In this document: piece by piece, positions 31,079 to 41,699 of the stretch
Layout: each line of letters begins with the position of its first letter
Position numbering within the stretch: the first letter of the stretch is position 1
NCBI GenBank assembly: GCA_963762565.1
Contig: CAVXLD010000001.1
Coordinates: 1 to 64,000, forward strand
Source of the DNA: an uncultured Verrucomicrobiae bacterium
GTDB taxonomy: Bacteria > Verrucomicrobiota > Verrucomicrobiia > Chthoniobacterales > JAFAMB01
Length of the DNA: 64,000 nt
Direction of reading: 5' to 3'
Notes under the pieces: generated by a model
The model's input: the letters and a program-made list of their open reading frames with translations, nothing else
Database searches by the model: none
Told to the model about the DNA's origin: nothing
Position numbers and translations under genes: made by a program

Positions 31079-32419
31079 ATGAAAACGCCCGAACTTCCCC
31101 CATTTGACTACACACCCAAGCCTTACACCGGTCCGTCCGCTGAGGAAGTGTTCGCCCTCCGGAAACAGTTCCTGAATCCGGCGCTGTTTCTTTATTACCA
31201 GAAACCGATGATGATCGTTGAGGGCAAAGGGCAATATTTATTCGACGAGAAAGGCCGGCGTTATTTGGATGGCATCGCCGGGATTGCCACGGTCATCGTC
31301 GGTCATTGTCATCCAGACGTGGTAGCGGCGGCCAACCGCCAGAACGAGACACTCCAGCACGCCACGACTATCTATTTGCACCCGAACATTGCTGAATATG
31401 GGCGCGATCTCGCCGCAAAAATGCCGGGCGATCTCAAAGTTTGCTACTTTGTCAATTCAGGGTCGGAAGCCAACGATCTGGCGATCTTGATGGCGCGAGC
31501 TTTTACCGGGAACTACGACATCATCGCGCTCCGGAACGGTTATCACGGCGGTAATGCAAGCGGGATGGCGTTAACTGCGCATCGGACCTGGAAGTTCAAC
31601 GTTCCGCACAGCTTCGGCGTTCATCATACCATCGCTCCCTACCCCTACCGTGGACCCTACGGAGCTGATTATCCGGATGCCGGTAAAGCGTACGCGGACG
31701 ACGTGCTCAATTTGATCGAATACGCAACGCCCGGTCGAGTGGCCGGATTTATTGCCGAGTCAATCCAAGGAGTCGGCGGAACCGTTATGTTCCCGGATGG
31801 CTATCTCAAGCATGCCTATCAACATGTGCGAGCAGCAGGAGGTGTGTGCATCGCTGACGAAGTCCAAACCGGTTTTGGCCGTACCGGCGAGACCTATTGG
31901 GGTTTTGAAAGTCAGGGTGTGATACCCGACATCGTAACCATGGCGAAAGGGATCGGAAACGGTGTTCCCCTTGCTGCTGTGGTAACCACGCCGACCATTG
32001 CGAAGAGTCTGACCGAACGCATCCATTTTAATACTTTCGGGGGAAATCCGGTCGTTTGTGCGCAGGGTCGCGCGGTGCTGCAGGTGATCGACCGCGAAAA
32101 ACTACAACAGAATGCCCAGGACGTAGGAAATCATCTCATCCGTGGCTTTAATGAACTAGCCAAGAAGCATGATTTGATCGGCGACGTTCGCGGAAAAGGA
32201 CTGATGCTCGGCGTTGAGCTGGTGAAAGACCGGAAAACCAAGGAGCCTGCCAAAGAGGAGTGTGCCCGGGTACATGAGCTCACCCGCGATTTAGGATTAC
32301 TCGTTGGTAAAGGCGGCCTCTACGGGAACACGCTTCGAATCAAACCGCCTTTGTGTATCACTGAGGCGGATGCGGATTTCATGATTGATGTTCTTGATGC
32401 AGCGCTGACGGCGGTTTGA
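31079..32419 (+). CDS. Class III aminotransferase, AGXT2/PYD4-like (probable beta-alanine aminotransferase)
   Basis: [39 protein letters not shown]; cluster context. Confidence 0.9.
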   Translation: MKTPELPPFDYTPKPYTGPSAEEVFALRKQFLNPALFLYYQKPMMIVEGKGQYLFDEKGRRYLDGIAGIATVIVGHCHPDVVAAANRQNETLQHATTIYLHPNIAEYGRDLAAKMPGDLKVCYFVNSGSEANDLAILMARAFTGNYDIIALRNGYHGGNASGMALTAHRTWKFNVPHSFGVHHTIAPYPYRGPYGADYPDAGKAYADDVLNLIEYATPGRVAGFIAESIQGVGGTVMFPDGYLKHAYQHVRAAGGVCIADEVQTGFGRTGETYWGFESQGVIPDIVTMAKGIGNGVPLAAVVTTPTIAKSLTERIHFNTFGGNPVVCAQGRAVLQVIDREKLQQNAQDVGNHLIRGFNELAKKHDLIGDVRGKGLMLGVELVKDRKTKEPAKEECARVHELTRDLGLLVGKGGLYGNTLRIKPPLCITEADADFMIDVLDAALTAV

Positions 32420-32445
32420 CGGTCCCTCGCCTGAGGCTCGCCGCC

Positions 32446-32537
32446 GAATAGCAAATAGCAAATAGCAGATAGCAAATTCGCTCGCTGCCCTGCGCTGGTT
32501 TGCTCGACGGCCTATTTGCTATTTGCGATTTGCTATT
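32446..32537. repeat. Inverted pair of AATAGCA heptamer arrays
   Basis: AATAGCA tandem copies facing TATTTGC copies; same unit at 16-45, 14877 and 15181. Confidence 0.85.
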
Positions 32538-32561
32538 CCTTAGCGAGCATCAGGCGAGCTA

Positions 32562-33058
32562 ATGAGCATTGCGGCCCGCCTGGATCGGTTACCGGTTTCG
32601 AAGACCATTTTTAAAATGGTGACCCTGATATCCTTGGGCGCATTCTTTGAATTTTACGACATCTTCCTGACCGCCTACATCGCTCCCGGACTTTATAAGA
32701 GCGGTATTTTCAACCAAGCCAGCAACAATGTTTTTGGCCTAGATAACTTCGCCACATTTATCGCGGTTTTCTTTGCCGGGCTCTTTGTAAGCACCCTCTT
32801 TCTCAGTCGGATCGCGGACCATTTCGGCCGCAAGACGATCTTTAATTTCTCGTTGGCGTATTGGTCACGCTCAGCGCTAATTTCATGTCCTTTGCCTTTC
32901 ACGCCTATCAAGCGGAGCTGTATCCGACCCGGATCCGGGCCCAAGGGGTCGGCTTCATCGCCTGTTGTATGATTGTCGTGGTCATCTCCATCAGCGTCTT
33001 CGGGCCTCGCACCAACCTCCTGAGTCTGGAACAGATCAATGAGGGGCCGGAAAGGTAA
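32562..33058 (+). pseudogene. Internally deleted MFS transporter remnant
   Basis: N-terminal IAARLDRLP...FEFYD...DHFGRK joined out of frame to late YQAELYPTRIRAQGVG and terminal GPRTN..LEQI motifs; only ~500 bp. Confidence 0.78.
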
Positions 33059-33099
33059 TCTGGAGCCGATTTTCGTGGACAGGGGAGGGTCTTTGTACC

Positions 33100-33312
33100 G
33101 AAGGGACTACGAGACTGAGCCCGGGGTTTTAACCCCGGGAATACGCAAAAAACGAATCCGCCCTGAAGGGGCGGCAGATTGTTATGATCGACGACTCGTT
33201 TATTCGCGTCGACAAAGCCGAGGCACCGGTTCTACCGCCCCTACAGGGCGGGTGCCTTTCTTCGGCAATCCTGGGGTTAAAACCCTAGGCTTAGTCCTAT
33301 CGTCCCTTTGGA
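33100..33312. repeat. Family C palindromic element
   Basis: CCCGGGGTTTTAACCCCGGG and CCTGGGGTTAAAACCCTAGG hairpins; GCCCTGAAGGGGCG / CCGCCCCTACAGGGC inner arms. Confidence 0.8.
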
Positions 33313-33495
33313 ATTACGCCCGACAAGCCGGTCGGGAACCGCCCTATACTTTCGTATAATAGATTCGCCTCCGAGTTTTGCCGTAGTTATTTGCAAACTG
33401 CTGTACTCGAGGGCAGCATGAACCAACGAAAGAACCCCTCAGCAGTCACGACAGGCCACTAAAACCCGGCGTTACCGGAAAAAGAAAGACATTTT

Positions 33496-34398
33496 ATGAA
33501 CCCGTCTAGCATCAAGGAACAACAGCAGCGAAAATTCAGAACCCAGCCCGGCTTTATTGCTGCTCTGGACCAGAGCGGCGGCAGCACCCCAAAGGCGCTG
33601 CATGCTTATGGGATCAAGGAGGGCGCTTGGTCCAATGACGAGGAAATGTTCAATCTCGTACATGAGATGCGCGCGCGCATCATCACCAGCCCCGTCTTCA
33701 ATGGCGACCGAATCATCGGCGCGATCCTGTTCGAGGGCACAGTGGACCGGGACATCGAAGGACTACCAAGTGCGGATTATCTCTGGAACGTGAAGCGCAT
33801 CGTACCGTTCCTGAAGGTGGACAAAGGTCTAGTCGAGGAGAAGGACGGGGTCCAATTGATGAAGCCGATCCCCGGGCTGGCTGCCTTGCTCGATAAAGGC
33901 AATGCGAAGCACGTCTTCGGAACCAAAGAGCGCTCTTTCATCAAGCAGGCCAACCCCGCCGGCATCAAAGCGATTGTCGACCAGCAGTTCGAGTTGGGGG
34001 AGCAGATTATCGCGGCTGGACTCGTACCGATCATCGAGCCGGAAGTGGATATTCACTGTCCGGAGAAGGCCAAGGCAGAAGGACTGCTTAAAGCTGCCCT
34101 TCTCGAGGGGCTCAACAAGCTCCGACCCGGCCAGTTGGTCATGATTAAGATCACGTTGCCGGAGGAAGCCAACTTATACGCCGACTGTATCAAACACCCC
34201 AACGTCCTGAAGGTGGTGGCGCTGTCCGGAGGCTACTCGCTGAAGGAAGGCGATGAACGCCTTCGTCAAAATCACGGTGTCATCGCGAGCTTCTCGCGGG
34301 CGTTGCTGGACGGGTTATTGCTCCAGCAATCCGATGCCGAGTACAACGCGGTGCTGGATTCAGCGATTCAAAGCATCTACGAAGCGTCCAACACCTGA
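33496..34398 (+). CDS. Fructose-bisphosphate aldolase class I
   Basis: GFIAALDQSGGSTPKAL, PFLKVDKGL, PIIEPEV, VALSGGY, ASFSRAL. Confidence 0.95.
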   Translation: MNPSSIKEQQQRKFRTQPGFIAALDQSGGSTPKALHAYGIKEGAWSNDEEMFNLVHEMRARIITSPVFNGDRIIGAILFEGTVDRDIEGLPSADYLWNVKRIVPFLKVDKGLVEEKDGVQLMKPIPGLAALLDKGNAKHVFGTKERSFIKQANPAGIKAIVDQQFELGEQIIAAGLVPIIEPEVDIHCPEKAKAEGLLKAALLEGLNKLRPGQLVMIKITLPEEANLYADCIKHPNVLKVVALSGGYSLKEGDERLRQNHGVIASFSRALLDGLLLQQSDAEYNAVLDSAIQSIYEASNT

Positions 34399-34592
34399 GT
34401 TGGGACTGGTGGCGCTTGAGGGACAGGTTCGCCAAACTGGTGATTTGACCTGTCCCTCGCGAGGCGCTTCGTCGCGCGGCGCTCTTGTCCGTGAAGATTG
34501 AGAGGCCACACAACAGAGCGCGGACCGAATCCAGGCTGTGCATCACCAAGTTCCTCTGTTGACCACGGCCTCGCAAGCGAGGCGCGCTTGAA

Positions 34593-36154
34593 TTAGTGAG
34601 CTGCAACGGCGCCGCCTGCTTGGGTCTTCTTGCACAGCCAAATCGTGCCGGACCCAACTAAGAGAATAATGCCAAGAACCAGAAAGCATTCGCTATAGGC
34701 CATCACAAACGAGTTCGTTTGAATCGAAGCTTGGAGCATTCGATAGGCCTGTTGCATGGCGCCTGCTGGATCTCCCGTATGTTGCAGGTTCTGGGCGGAT
34801 TGGTTGGATAGATATTGTTGCACGTAAGGGTTATAGGGCGTCACTCCTTCTCCTATCCGGAAATCATGAAATTGTTCACGTTGAGTGATCATGGTGCTCA
34901 ACAGCGCCGTGCCCAGGCTGCCACCCAGGTTTCTCATGATATTGAAGAGAGCCGATCCGTCCGCCTGTTGTTCCCTGAGTAGCCCAGCGGTTGCCACCGC
35001 CGATAGAGGCACGATCGTGAACGGTTGCCCCAGCGCGCGGACGATATTGGCGAGTTGAAATTGCGGTCCACCATACTGGGGATTCATGTAAATATTCATC
35101 AAACAGCTGCCCCCGAAAATCAGCGCCCCAACAAAGACGATCAAACGAAGGTCGAACTTTTTCATGAGACGGGGGACGAACGGGAAGATCAGAAGTTGCG
35201 GGAGCCCAATCAGTACCATGGCTTCGCCGGTTTGACTGGCGCTGTAGTTTTGGACCTGCTCAAGGTATTCCGGCAAAAGAAACACGGAACCGTATAAACT
35301 TGCGCCCATGATAAAATTTACTGCCGAGGCCAAGCCTAAGTTGCGGATCCGGAGTAAGCGCAGATTGACAATCGGAGTTTTGCTGACGAGCTCGCAGATA
35401 ATAAAGAGAGGGATGAAAATTACCGCGAGCGTAAAACAGCGTTGGATAAAGACGCTGGTAAACCAATCGTCATTTTGCCCTTCTTCCAGAAATGCGATGA
35501 GCGAGCCTAGTCCGATGGCCATAAAAACCGTACCGAGCCAATCGCCTTTCCAGAATAAAGGCATATTCAGCGGTTCTGGATCGACCGCGAAAAGGATCGC
35601 GGCCAGCATTATCGCACCGGGGATAAGATTGATGTAGAAGACCATCGGCCAGCCATAGTTGTCTGTAAGCAGACCACCTATGTAAGGTCCAATAGCGGGC
35701 GCTAAAGTGGCGGTAACTCCGAAGAGGACCAACCCAACAGCACGTCGTGAAGGAGGCAGCTGGGTGTTAATCACCGTGAATGACATGGGAATCATCACAC
35801 CTCCGGTGAATCCTTGGAGCGCCCGGTAAAAAATCATCTGGGTAAGCTCGGTGGCCGTTCCGCAAAGCCCGGAAAACACCAGGAACAAAGAAACATTTAC
35901 CAGAAGATAGAGGCGTACCCCGAAAACTCGTCCCCACCAGGCGGTGAGCGGAATCGTAATAATTTCCCCGATCAGATAGCTCGTGGAAACCCAGGAAGCT
36001 TCGACAGAGGTGGAGCCGATCCCGCCGGTGATCTCGCGCAGGGAGGCATTGGTGATCTGGATGTCGAGCACCGCCATAAAAGCTCCCAGAATCGTACCCA
36101 GGACTGCAATCCAGGTGCGTAGGCTGACATGTTCTTCTTGTGATGATGTGACAT
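34593..36154 (-). CDS. DHA2/EmrB-type MFS efflux permease (probable 1-nt deletion just after ATG at 36154)
   Basis: Frame EEHVSLRTWIAVLGTILGAFMAVLD continues upstream of 36077 with no in-frame ATG; WVSTSYL, APAIGP, RNLGGS. Confidence 0.88.
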
Positions 36155-36479
36155 AACGTGAGAGGTGGTGCGAAGTGATCAGTGATCAGTAACCAATAAT
36201 CGGTGCATTTCGGACCGACCGCAGTACTCCATAACTCCAGTACTCCGTCACTCCGCGCGGCCGGATTCGAGGACGGCCTGTCCGACGAAGCCAAAGCTCT
36301 ATGTTGCCAACCGCTGAATGTCGGCCTCGCAAGCGAGGCGCGCTCCACAACCGGGACGTTGGCGAAGGCGGAAGGACGACGACGAAAACAGCCTGCCCGA
36401 CGTAGCTCATGGTTTGTAAGCCGCAACCCCTTTTGGCCAGCGAAGTCGGGAGAACGAAGTCCATGGTCAGTGGCGGCCG

Positions 36480-37733
36480 TTACTGCACGACTCCGATTGC
36501 GGGAGCACCATGAATTTGCGTGATCGGCTCGCTCGCGAGTTGATGCGATGGCTTTTGGTTTTCCGGGGCTTCCGGATAGGGTTTATCGATCAGTGGTTGG
36601 GTAACGGCGATGCTGGGTTCCGTCGATAGGCCAGGAACAATTTTGTCACGAACAGCTTTGATACTTTCCGGATCGAACAAAATTTTTACCGGTACACGTT
36701 GGACGATCTTAATAAAGTTGCCCGTGGCGTTGTCCGGCGGAAGCAAAGCGAAATTCGAGCCGGTGCCAGGTTGGAGACTGTCAACCCGACCCTTGAACCG
36801 GTAGTGCGGCAACGCATCGATTTTGATGTCGACCGGCTGGCCCACCCGGATTCTCTCCAGCTGCGTCTCTTTGAAATTTGCTTCAATCCAGACATTGTCC
36901 TCGACCACCGCCATCAACGCCTGACCCACGGAAACCCGGTTTCCGGTTTGAACCGATTTTTCGGCAATCCGCCCGGAAACTGGAGCCACGATGGTGCAGT
37001 AGGAAAGTTGGAGTTCCGAATTCTTAACTTGCGCCTGAGCGGCTGCGGCTTCGGCACGCGCCGCTTCTTCTTGAGCATGCGCCACCTTCAGATTTTCCTT
37101 AGCCACATTCACCGCTGCCAGGTTGGCTTTGTACGTAGCAACGCTGGTCTCGGCCTGAGACTGAGCCGTGTCGAGGTCCTGTTTCGAAATGACTCCCCTA
37201 CCCTGGTAGAAGAGTTGGTTGTTCCGCTCAAAAGTGCGCTGCAAATAGTCGGAATTTGCCTTAGCAGAATCGGCCTGGGCTTGCGCCTGGGCTAACTGAG
37301 CCTCGACCAGCGGTATCTGCGCAATTGCCTGCAGGAGTTGGGCTTGAGCTTGCAGGTAGCTAGCCTCATCCTTTTGCAGTGCAACCTGGTAATCCCGCGG
37401 GTCCAGTTTTAAGAGGGGTTGCCCGGCAGTAACATGCCAGTTGTCGTCAACCAAGACCTCTTGGACCGTACCCGTGATGCGGGAGCTGATCTGGTGGGTA
37501 TAACCGCTGACATAAGCATCGTCGGTGTCCTCGTGGGTAGAAGCATACATCCAATACCGGACACCGAAAAAGAGGCCGAGGATGGCAATTACGGCGCCGA
37601 TAACCACAAAACGGCGGGGTGGACCGTTCCTTTGTTTGCCTTTGCGATCGGCATCGCTGTTTTGATTCGCGCTACCCGCAGGCGGTCGAGCTGCAACGTG
37701 ATTGAGCGGAAGCGTTTTTTCTTGGACTGCCAT
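36480..37733 (-). CDS. HlyD/EmrA-type membrane fusion protein
   Basis: TDDAYV, IVAPVSG, ANFKETQL, FALLPPDNATGNFIKIVQRVPV. Confidence 0.95.
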   Translation of the reverse strand: MAVQEKTLPLNHVAARPPAGSANQNSDADRKGKQRNGPPRRFVVIGAVIAILGLFFGVRYWMYASTHEDTDDAYVSGYTHQISSRITGTVQEVLVDDNWHVTAGQPLLKLDPRDYQVALQKDEASYLQAQAQLLQAIAQIPLVEAQLAQAQAQADSAKANSDYLQRTFERNNQLFYQGRGVISKQDLDTAQSQAETSVATYKANLAAVNVAKENLKVAHAQEEAARAEAAAAQAQVKNSELQLSYCTIVAPVSGRIAEKSVQTGNRVSVGQALMAVVEDNVWIEANFKETQLERIRVGQPVDIKIDALPHYRFKGRVDSLQPGTGSNFALLPPDNATGNFIKIVQRVPVKILFDPESIKAVRDKIVPGLSTEPSIAVTQPLIDKPYPEAPENQKPSHQLASEPITQIHGAPAIGVVQ

Positions 37734-37819
37734 AAGCGTGTGTTGGTTTGAAAAAGGTCAAAGCGAAGGGCTAAGAGCGTCGAGCTCGAAGATTTCACTA
37801 GTTGACCAAACAAATTTTG

Positions 37820-37843
37820 TGATTACGTTACGTAACGTCATCA
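37820..37843. promoter_or_regulatory. Candidate TetR operator, 24-bp near-perfect palindrome TGATTACGTTACGTAACGTCATCA
   Basis: One mismatched pair; lies between divergent emrA and tetR genes. Confidence 0.65.
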
Positions 37844-37852
37844 TTTAAATTT

Positions 37853-38704
37853 ATGTTGTCAAGTGCTTCTGTCATTCCCGATCCAACCGGCCTCTTCCCG
37901 GAGCCCGAAGCGGACGGTTTGCTTTTGGTCTCGAGAAAAATTCACTCAAATAAACTTCGCCCCAGGCCTCGAAAAAGAACGCCTCAAACCCGGCCCAGAA
38001 CGGGAAACCAACGCAATCCGCTGTTGCACCAGGCGATCATTGCTGCCGCTACCGAAGTGCTGACCAAGAAAGGACCGTCCCGTTTTACCATTGAGGCCGT
38101 AGCAAAATTGGCCGGATGCGGCAAACCCACGATTTACCGATGGTGGCCGTCCCGTCATGCATTGCTACTGGAAGTCTACCTTCAAACCTCCAAACGAGAG
38201 GTGGTTGAGGCCGAAGGAAAAGACCTAGCGAAAGATCTCGCCATGATGCTGCGAAAAGTCTGGCGATTGTGGCGCGACGATTATAGCGGGTCTCTTTTTC
38301 GCCTGATTCTATCCGAAATGATGCTCGACAAAGAAGGGGCCCGCTATTTGCGCGAGGTCTTTATTCCGAAACGGCAAGCTTTTACGGCAATCGCCTTTCA
38401 AACGGCGAAAGATCGCGGGGAAATTTCGCCGGAACTAGACATCAAATTCCTACTGGATCTCTTTTATGGCTATTCGTTTTTCCGCCTGATAACGGCACAA
38501 CTCGACGACGATGAGATCCCCGACCGAATTAGCGCCACTATTGCCAAACTCGCGCGGAGCGGTGTTCCGGATCCCGGGCACGCGGCGAACGGGCGAAACG
38601 GCGAACGGGCGTGTGGGCGCGCCGGCGACACGGGCGTAACGCCGATGCGGAGGCCTTTTAGCTCTGGGTGCGACCTGGTCCCGTGGAATTGCGTTTTCTT
38701 TTAG
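37853..38704 (+). CDS. TetR/AcrR family regulator (paralog 1; start uncertain)
   Basis: FTIEAVAKLAGCGKPTIYRWW HTH; position equivalent to paralog 2 ATG reads AGG. Confidence 0.85.
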   Translation: MLSSASVIPDPTGLFPEPEADGLLLVSRKIHSNKLRPRPRKRTPQTRPRTGNQRNPLLHQAIIAAATEVLTKKGPSRFTIEAVAKLAGCGKPTIYRWWPSRHALLLEVYLQTSKREVVEAEGKDLAKDLAMMLRKVWRLWRDDYSGSLFRLILSEMMLDKEGARYLREVFIPKRQAFTAIAFQTAKDRGEISPELDIKFLLDLFYGYSFFRLITAQLDDDEIPDRISATIAKLARSGVPDPGHAANGRNGERACGRAGDTGVTPMRRPFSSGCDLVPWNCVFF

Positions 38705-38762
38705 GGGCATAGGTGGTTTAGTTGATTCTTCGATGGCCCTTTTGCTTAACTAACTCTTTTCC

Positions 38763-39512
38763 ATGCCTCGAAGAAAAACGGCTCTGACCCGGCCAAGAAC
38801 GGGGAACCAACGCAATCCAGTGCTGCACCAGGCGATCATTGCTGCCGCCACGGAAGTGCTGGCCAAGGAAGGGCCAACCCGTTTTACGATTGAGGCAGTC
38901 GCAAAATTGGCCGGATGCGGCAAACCCACCATCTATCGATGGTGGCCCTCCCGACCCGCGTTGCTATTGGAAGTCTTCGATCAGGCGGTTGCCCAAGAGT
39001 TGGTTGAACCCGAAGGTAAAGATCTGGCGAAAGATCTCGCCACCATGCTGCGAAAAGTCTGGCGACTCTGGCGAACCGAGTCGATGGGGCCACTTTATCG
39101 CCTGATTCTATCCGAAATGATGCTCGAAAAAGAAGGAGCCCGCTATTTGCGCGAGGTCTTTATTCCTAGACGTCAGGCTTTCACCGGGCTTGCGTTTCAA
39201 GCGGCCAAAGATCGCGGCGAAATTCCCGCAGACACGGACGTTAAATTGCTGATGGATCTTCTCTATGGCTATTCGCTGTTCCGCCTGATAACGCGACAGA
39301 TCGACGATGATGAGATCCCCGACCGAGTTAGCGCCGCCATCGCCAAGCTTGCGCGGAGCGACGTTCCCGCGGTCGTGCGAACGAAGAAGCGCGCGGGCAC
39401 GAGGCGGGCGAGTGGGCGATACGGCGATACGGCGAAGGGGCGCATCGGCGAAACGCCGAACGCCGAACGCCAAACGCTAACCGCTAACCCCTTCACGTTT
39501 AACCGCTCTTAA
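38763..39512 (+). CDS. TetR/AcrR family regulator (paralog 2)
   Basis: Same HTH as paralog 1; tail encoded by repeats. Confidence 0.9.
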   Translation: MPRRKTALTRPRTGNQRNPVLHQAIIAAATEVLAKEGPTRFTIEAVAKLAGCGKPTIYRWWPSRPALLLEVFDQAVAQELVEPEGKDLAKDLATMLRKVWRLWRTESMGPLYRLILSEMMLEKEGARYLREVFIPRRQAFTGLAFQAAKDRGEIPADTDVKLLMDLLYGYSLFRLITRQIDDDEIPDRVSAAIAKLARSDVPAVVRTKKRAGTRRASGRYGDTAKGRIGETPNAERQTLTANPFTFNRS

Positions 39513-39666
39513 GGCTGGTTCGTACGCTTCTTTCCGCGCTTAGGCGCAATAACTGGTTGGGCGTTATGCCGGGTTCTATTTACCCGGATGCAAAAGCTTT
39601 CTGGGATCTCACTCGAGCTGCCGGAGAACGCAAGCCGGCCGAGGTCTGACTGCAGTTCTTCTCGGT

Positions 39667-40608
39667 TTGGTTTTGGCGTCCGGCGCTCGTGGCCAACAGG
39701 TTGGCGCCCTTGGTCCGGTCGATTCCGACAAAGAGCCGGTTTCTAAAGCCGTTCAGCCTTTACCGACTGCCTCGCTCGATTTGTCTAAGGTCATTGATCT
39801 GAACATAGACTACTCGTTTCTCGCTCGGGAAAATCTGCCAAACAGTCAATCGGCTTATGGCCGGATTGGCGAGCAACAGATCGGTGTACGAGCAAATTTG
39901 AGTCTGCCGGTCAACGAGCAACTGTCTCTAAGCATTGGCGGCTTCTACAATAATTTCCTTTTTGATTTGGGGAATCCGAACGCTTTCCCCCGCATTCCGC
40001 TCGTGGATAACTTGGGGACTGTCGGCGCTAGCTTTGGCTTTGTATACAAGGCGTCCTCTACATTCTCAATCTTAGGAGAAGTGTCGCCCGACTTCAGCGG
40101 CGATCTAAACAAACTGACTAGCAAAGACTTCCAAATCGGGGGGATGCTTGCAGTTCGCTACTCTCCTTACGGCAATGACAAACTGTTTTTCTTGCTGGGT
40201 ATCCGCACAAGATCCGACGCGCAGCTCGTGGTCGCGCCGGTCGTCGGCGTCCGTTGGCAGCCGAACGACGTATTGACATTCAATTTGACAGTGCCTCGAC
40301 CGGAGATTGACTGGAAACTGAGTCGCCGAATCACCCTCTTCGCTGACGGCCAATTTAACGGCGGCGATTTCCGGGTTCCGGATTCGACCGGTACTGCTAT
40401 CGGCAAGCCTCAATTTAACAACGCGGTCCTTACCTATCGCGAAATCCGACTTGGAGGAGGTCTGCGCTTGAAAATTCTTCCATTTGCCGCTGTGCAAACG
40501 GAGGCAGGGGAAGCGCTGGGTCGTGATTTCGATTACTATCGCATCCACGAGAATCTGAAGGTGAACAATGCGCCATACATGGACACGAAGCTCATTTTTT
40601 CGTTCTGA
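39667..40608 (+). CDS. Probable outer-membrane beta-barrel protein (DUF6268-like)
   Basis: Alternating hydrophobic strands, PVVGVRWQPND...PRPE, terminal Phe; start uncertain. Confidence 0.6.
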   Translation: MVLASGARGQQVGALGPVDSDKEPVSKAVQPLPTASLDLSKVIDLNIDYSFLARENLPNSQSAYGRIGEQQIGVRANLSLPVNEQLSLSIGGFYNNFLFDLGNPNAFPRIPLVDNLGTVGASFGFVYKASSTFSILGEVSPDFSGDLNKLTSKDFQIGGMLAVRYSPYGNDKLFFLLGIRTRSDAQLVVAPVVGVRWQPNDVLTFNLTVPRPEIDWKLSRRITLFADGQFNGGDFRVPDSTGTAIGKPQFNNAVLTYREIRLGGGLRLKILPFAAVQTEAGEALGRDFDYYRIHENLKVNNAPYMDTKLIFSF

Positions 40609-41699
40609 ATGCGCGGGGCCATGGCGCCCGAATCAGGGAGGGCGCGCAGCCTGTCCGACGAAGAGTGAAAGGGGAGGGGAAAGTGGGTAAGGAGTGGGAG
40701 GGGGGATGGGTGGGGTGCCTGTGGCTTTTCGGTTGTTTGCCCTTTCGCTTGGCGAAGCCGGATCCCCGCGCGCCGCGAGGACGCGTCCCAGCGAAAGAAC
40801 GAAATGACCGGAAAAAGGAGAGAAAAAAAGAAGAGAAGAAAGAAAAAGAAAAAGAGACTGATAGATAAAGTAATATTGAAAATAAAATCAGGCTACAAGG
40901 CCAGTTCAATTTCGTCATGATTAGCGGTTCAGCCCATGACTTGCCCAGAGGCGGACGGGTTGTAGAGCAGAACGTTAAGGCAGCGTTAGCGGCGGCATAT
41001 GGACAGGAAGAAATAGGAGGAGACCCTATCTTCTTGGAAGAAGAAAGATAACTACAGCAAACGCGTGGCGCAGATCACCAGGCAACAACGGTATCCGCAG
41101 GAAGAAGATAGAGCCGAGTTTCTTGCCTCGACAGCGCGCGGGATATCGACATACGCCGTAACAATTGAAAAAAGGGTATAGAAAAAGACTAAGGACATCT
41201 TAGTTAGCATCTCTAGTAAGTCGGTTGCATGCAGTAGCAGGACGAGAATAACAAGCTCACACCAATATTAGGTGAGCATATGGAAAGCGAGCTCGAATGA
41301 GGGCGATTCGAAATTTCGTAGCCGTAAATCAAGAGCCATCGAAAGCTACACGACAATGGTTTCGTTATAGACGATAAGAATTCATTTGGACATGGAATGA
41401 TATGAAGAGAGTTCGATCAAAGCTTGAGCTAACGAAAAGAAAGGAAGGTAAGATAAAGAAAGGTAAAAAGAGTACGACTGGTTAATGGAATGGATTTAAT
41501 TGCGGAGATGAAAATACGCGACTTTCCAAAGAAAGGGGTTCAGCGAGATACCGATCATATTAGCGACTCGCTATTCTCATTGATATCGCATCATGCGTGG
41601 CCGGTAAGCGCCTGCTCAAGGAATGGAACTTGTGTGGCCTCTGCGGCCTGAGAAGAAAAAGATCTCGGTGAAAGAAATGAGCTTGACGGGATTGTCGTT

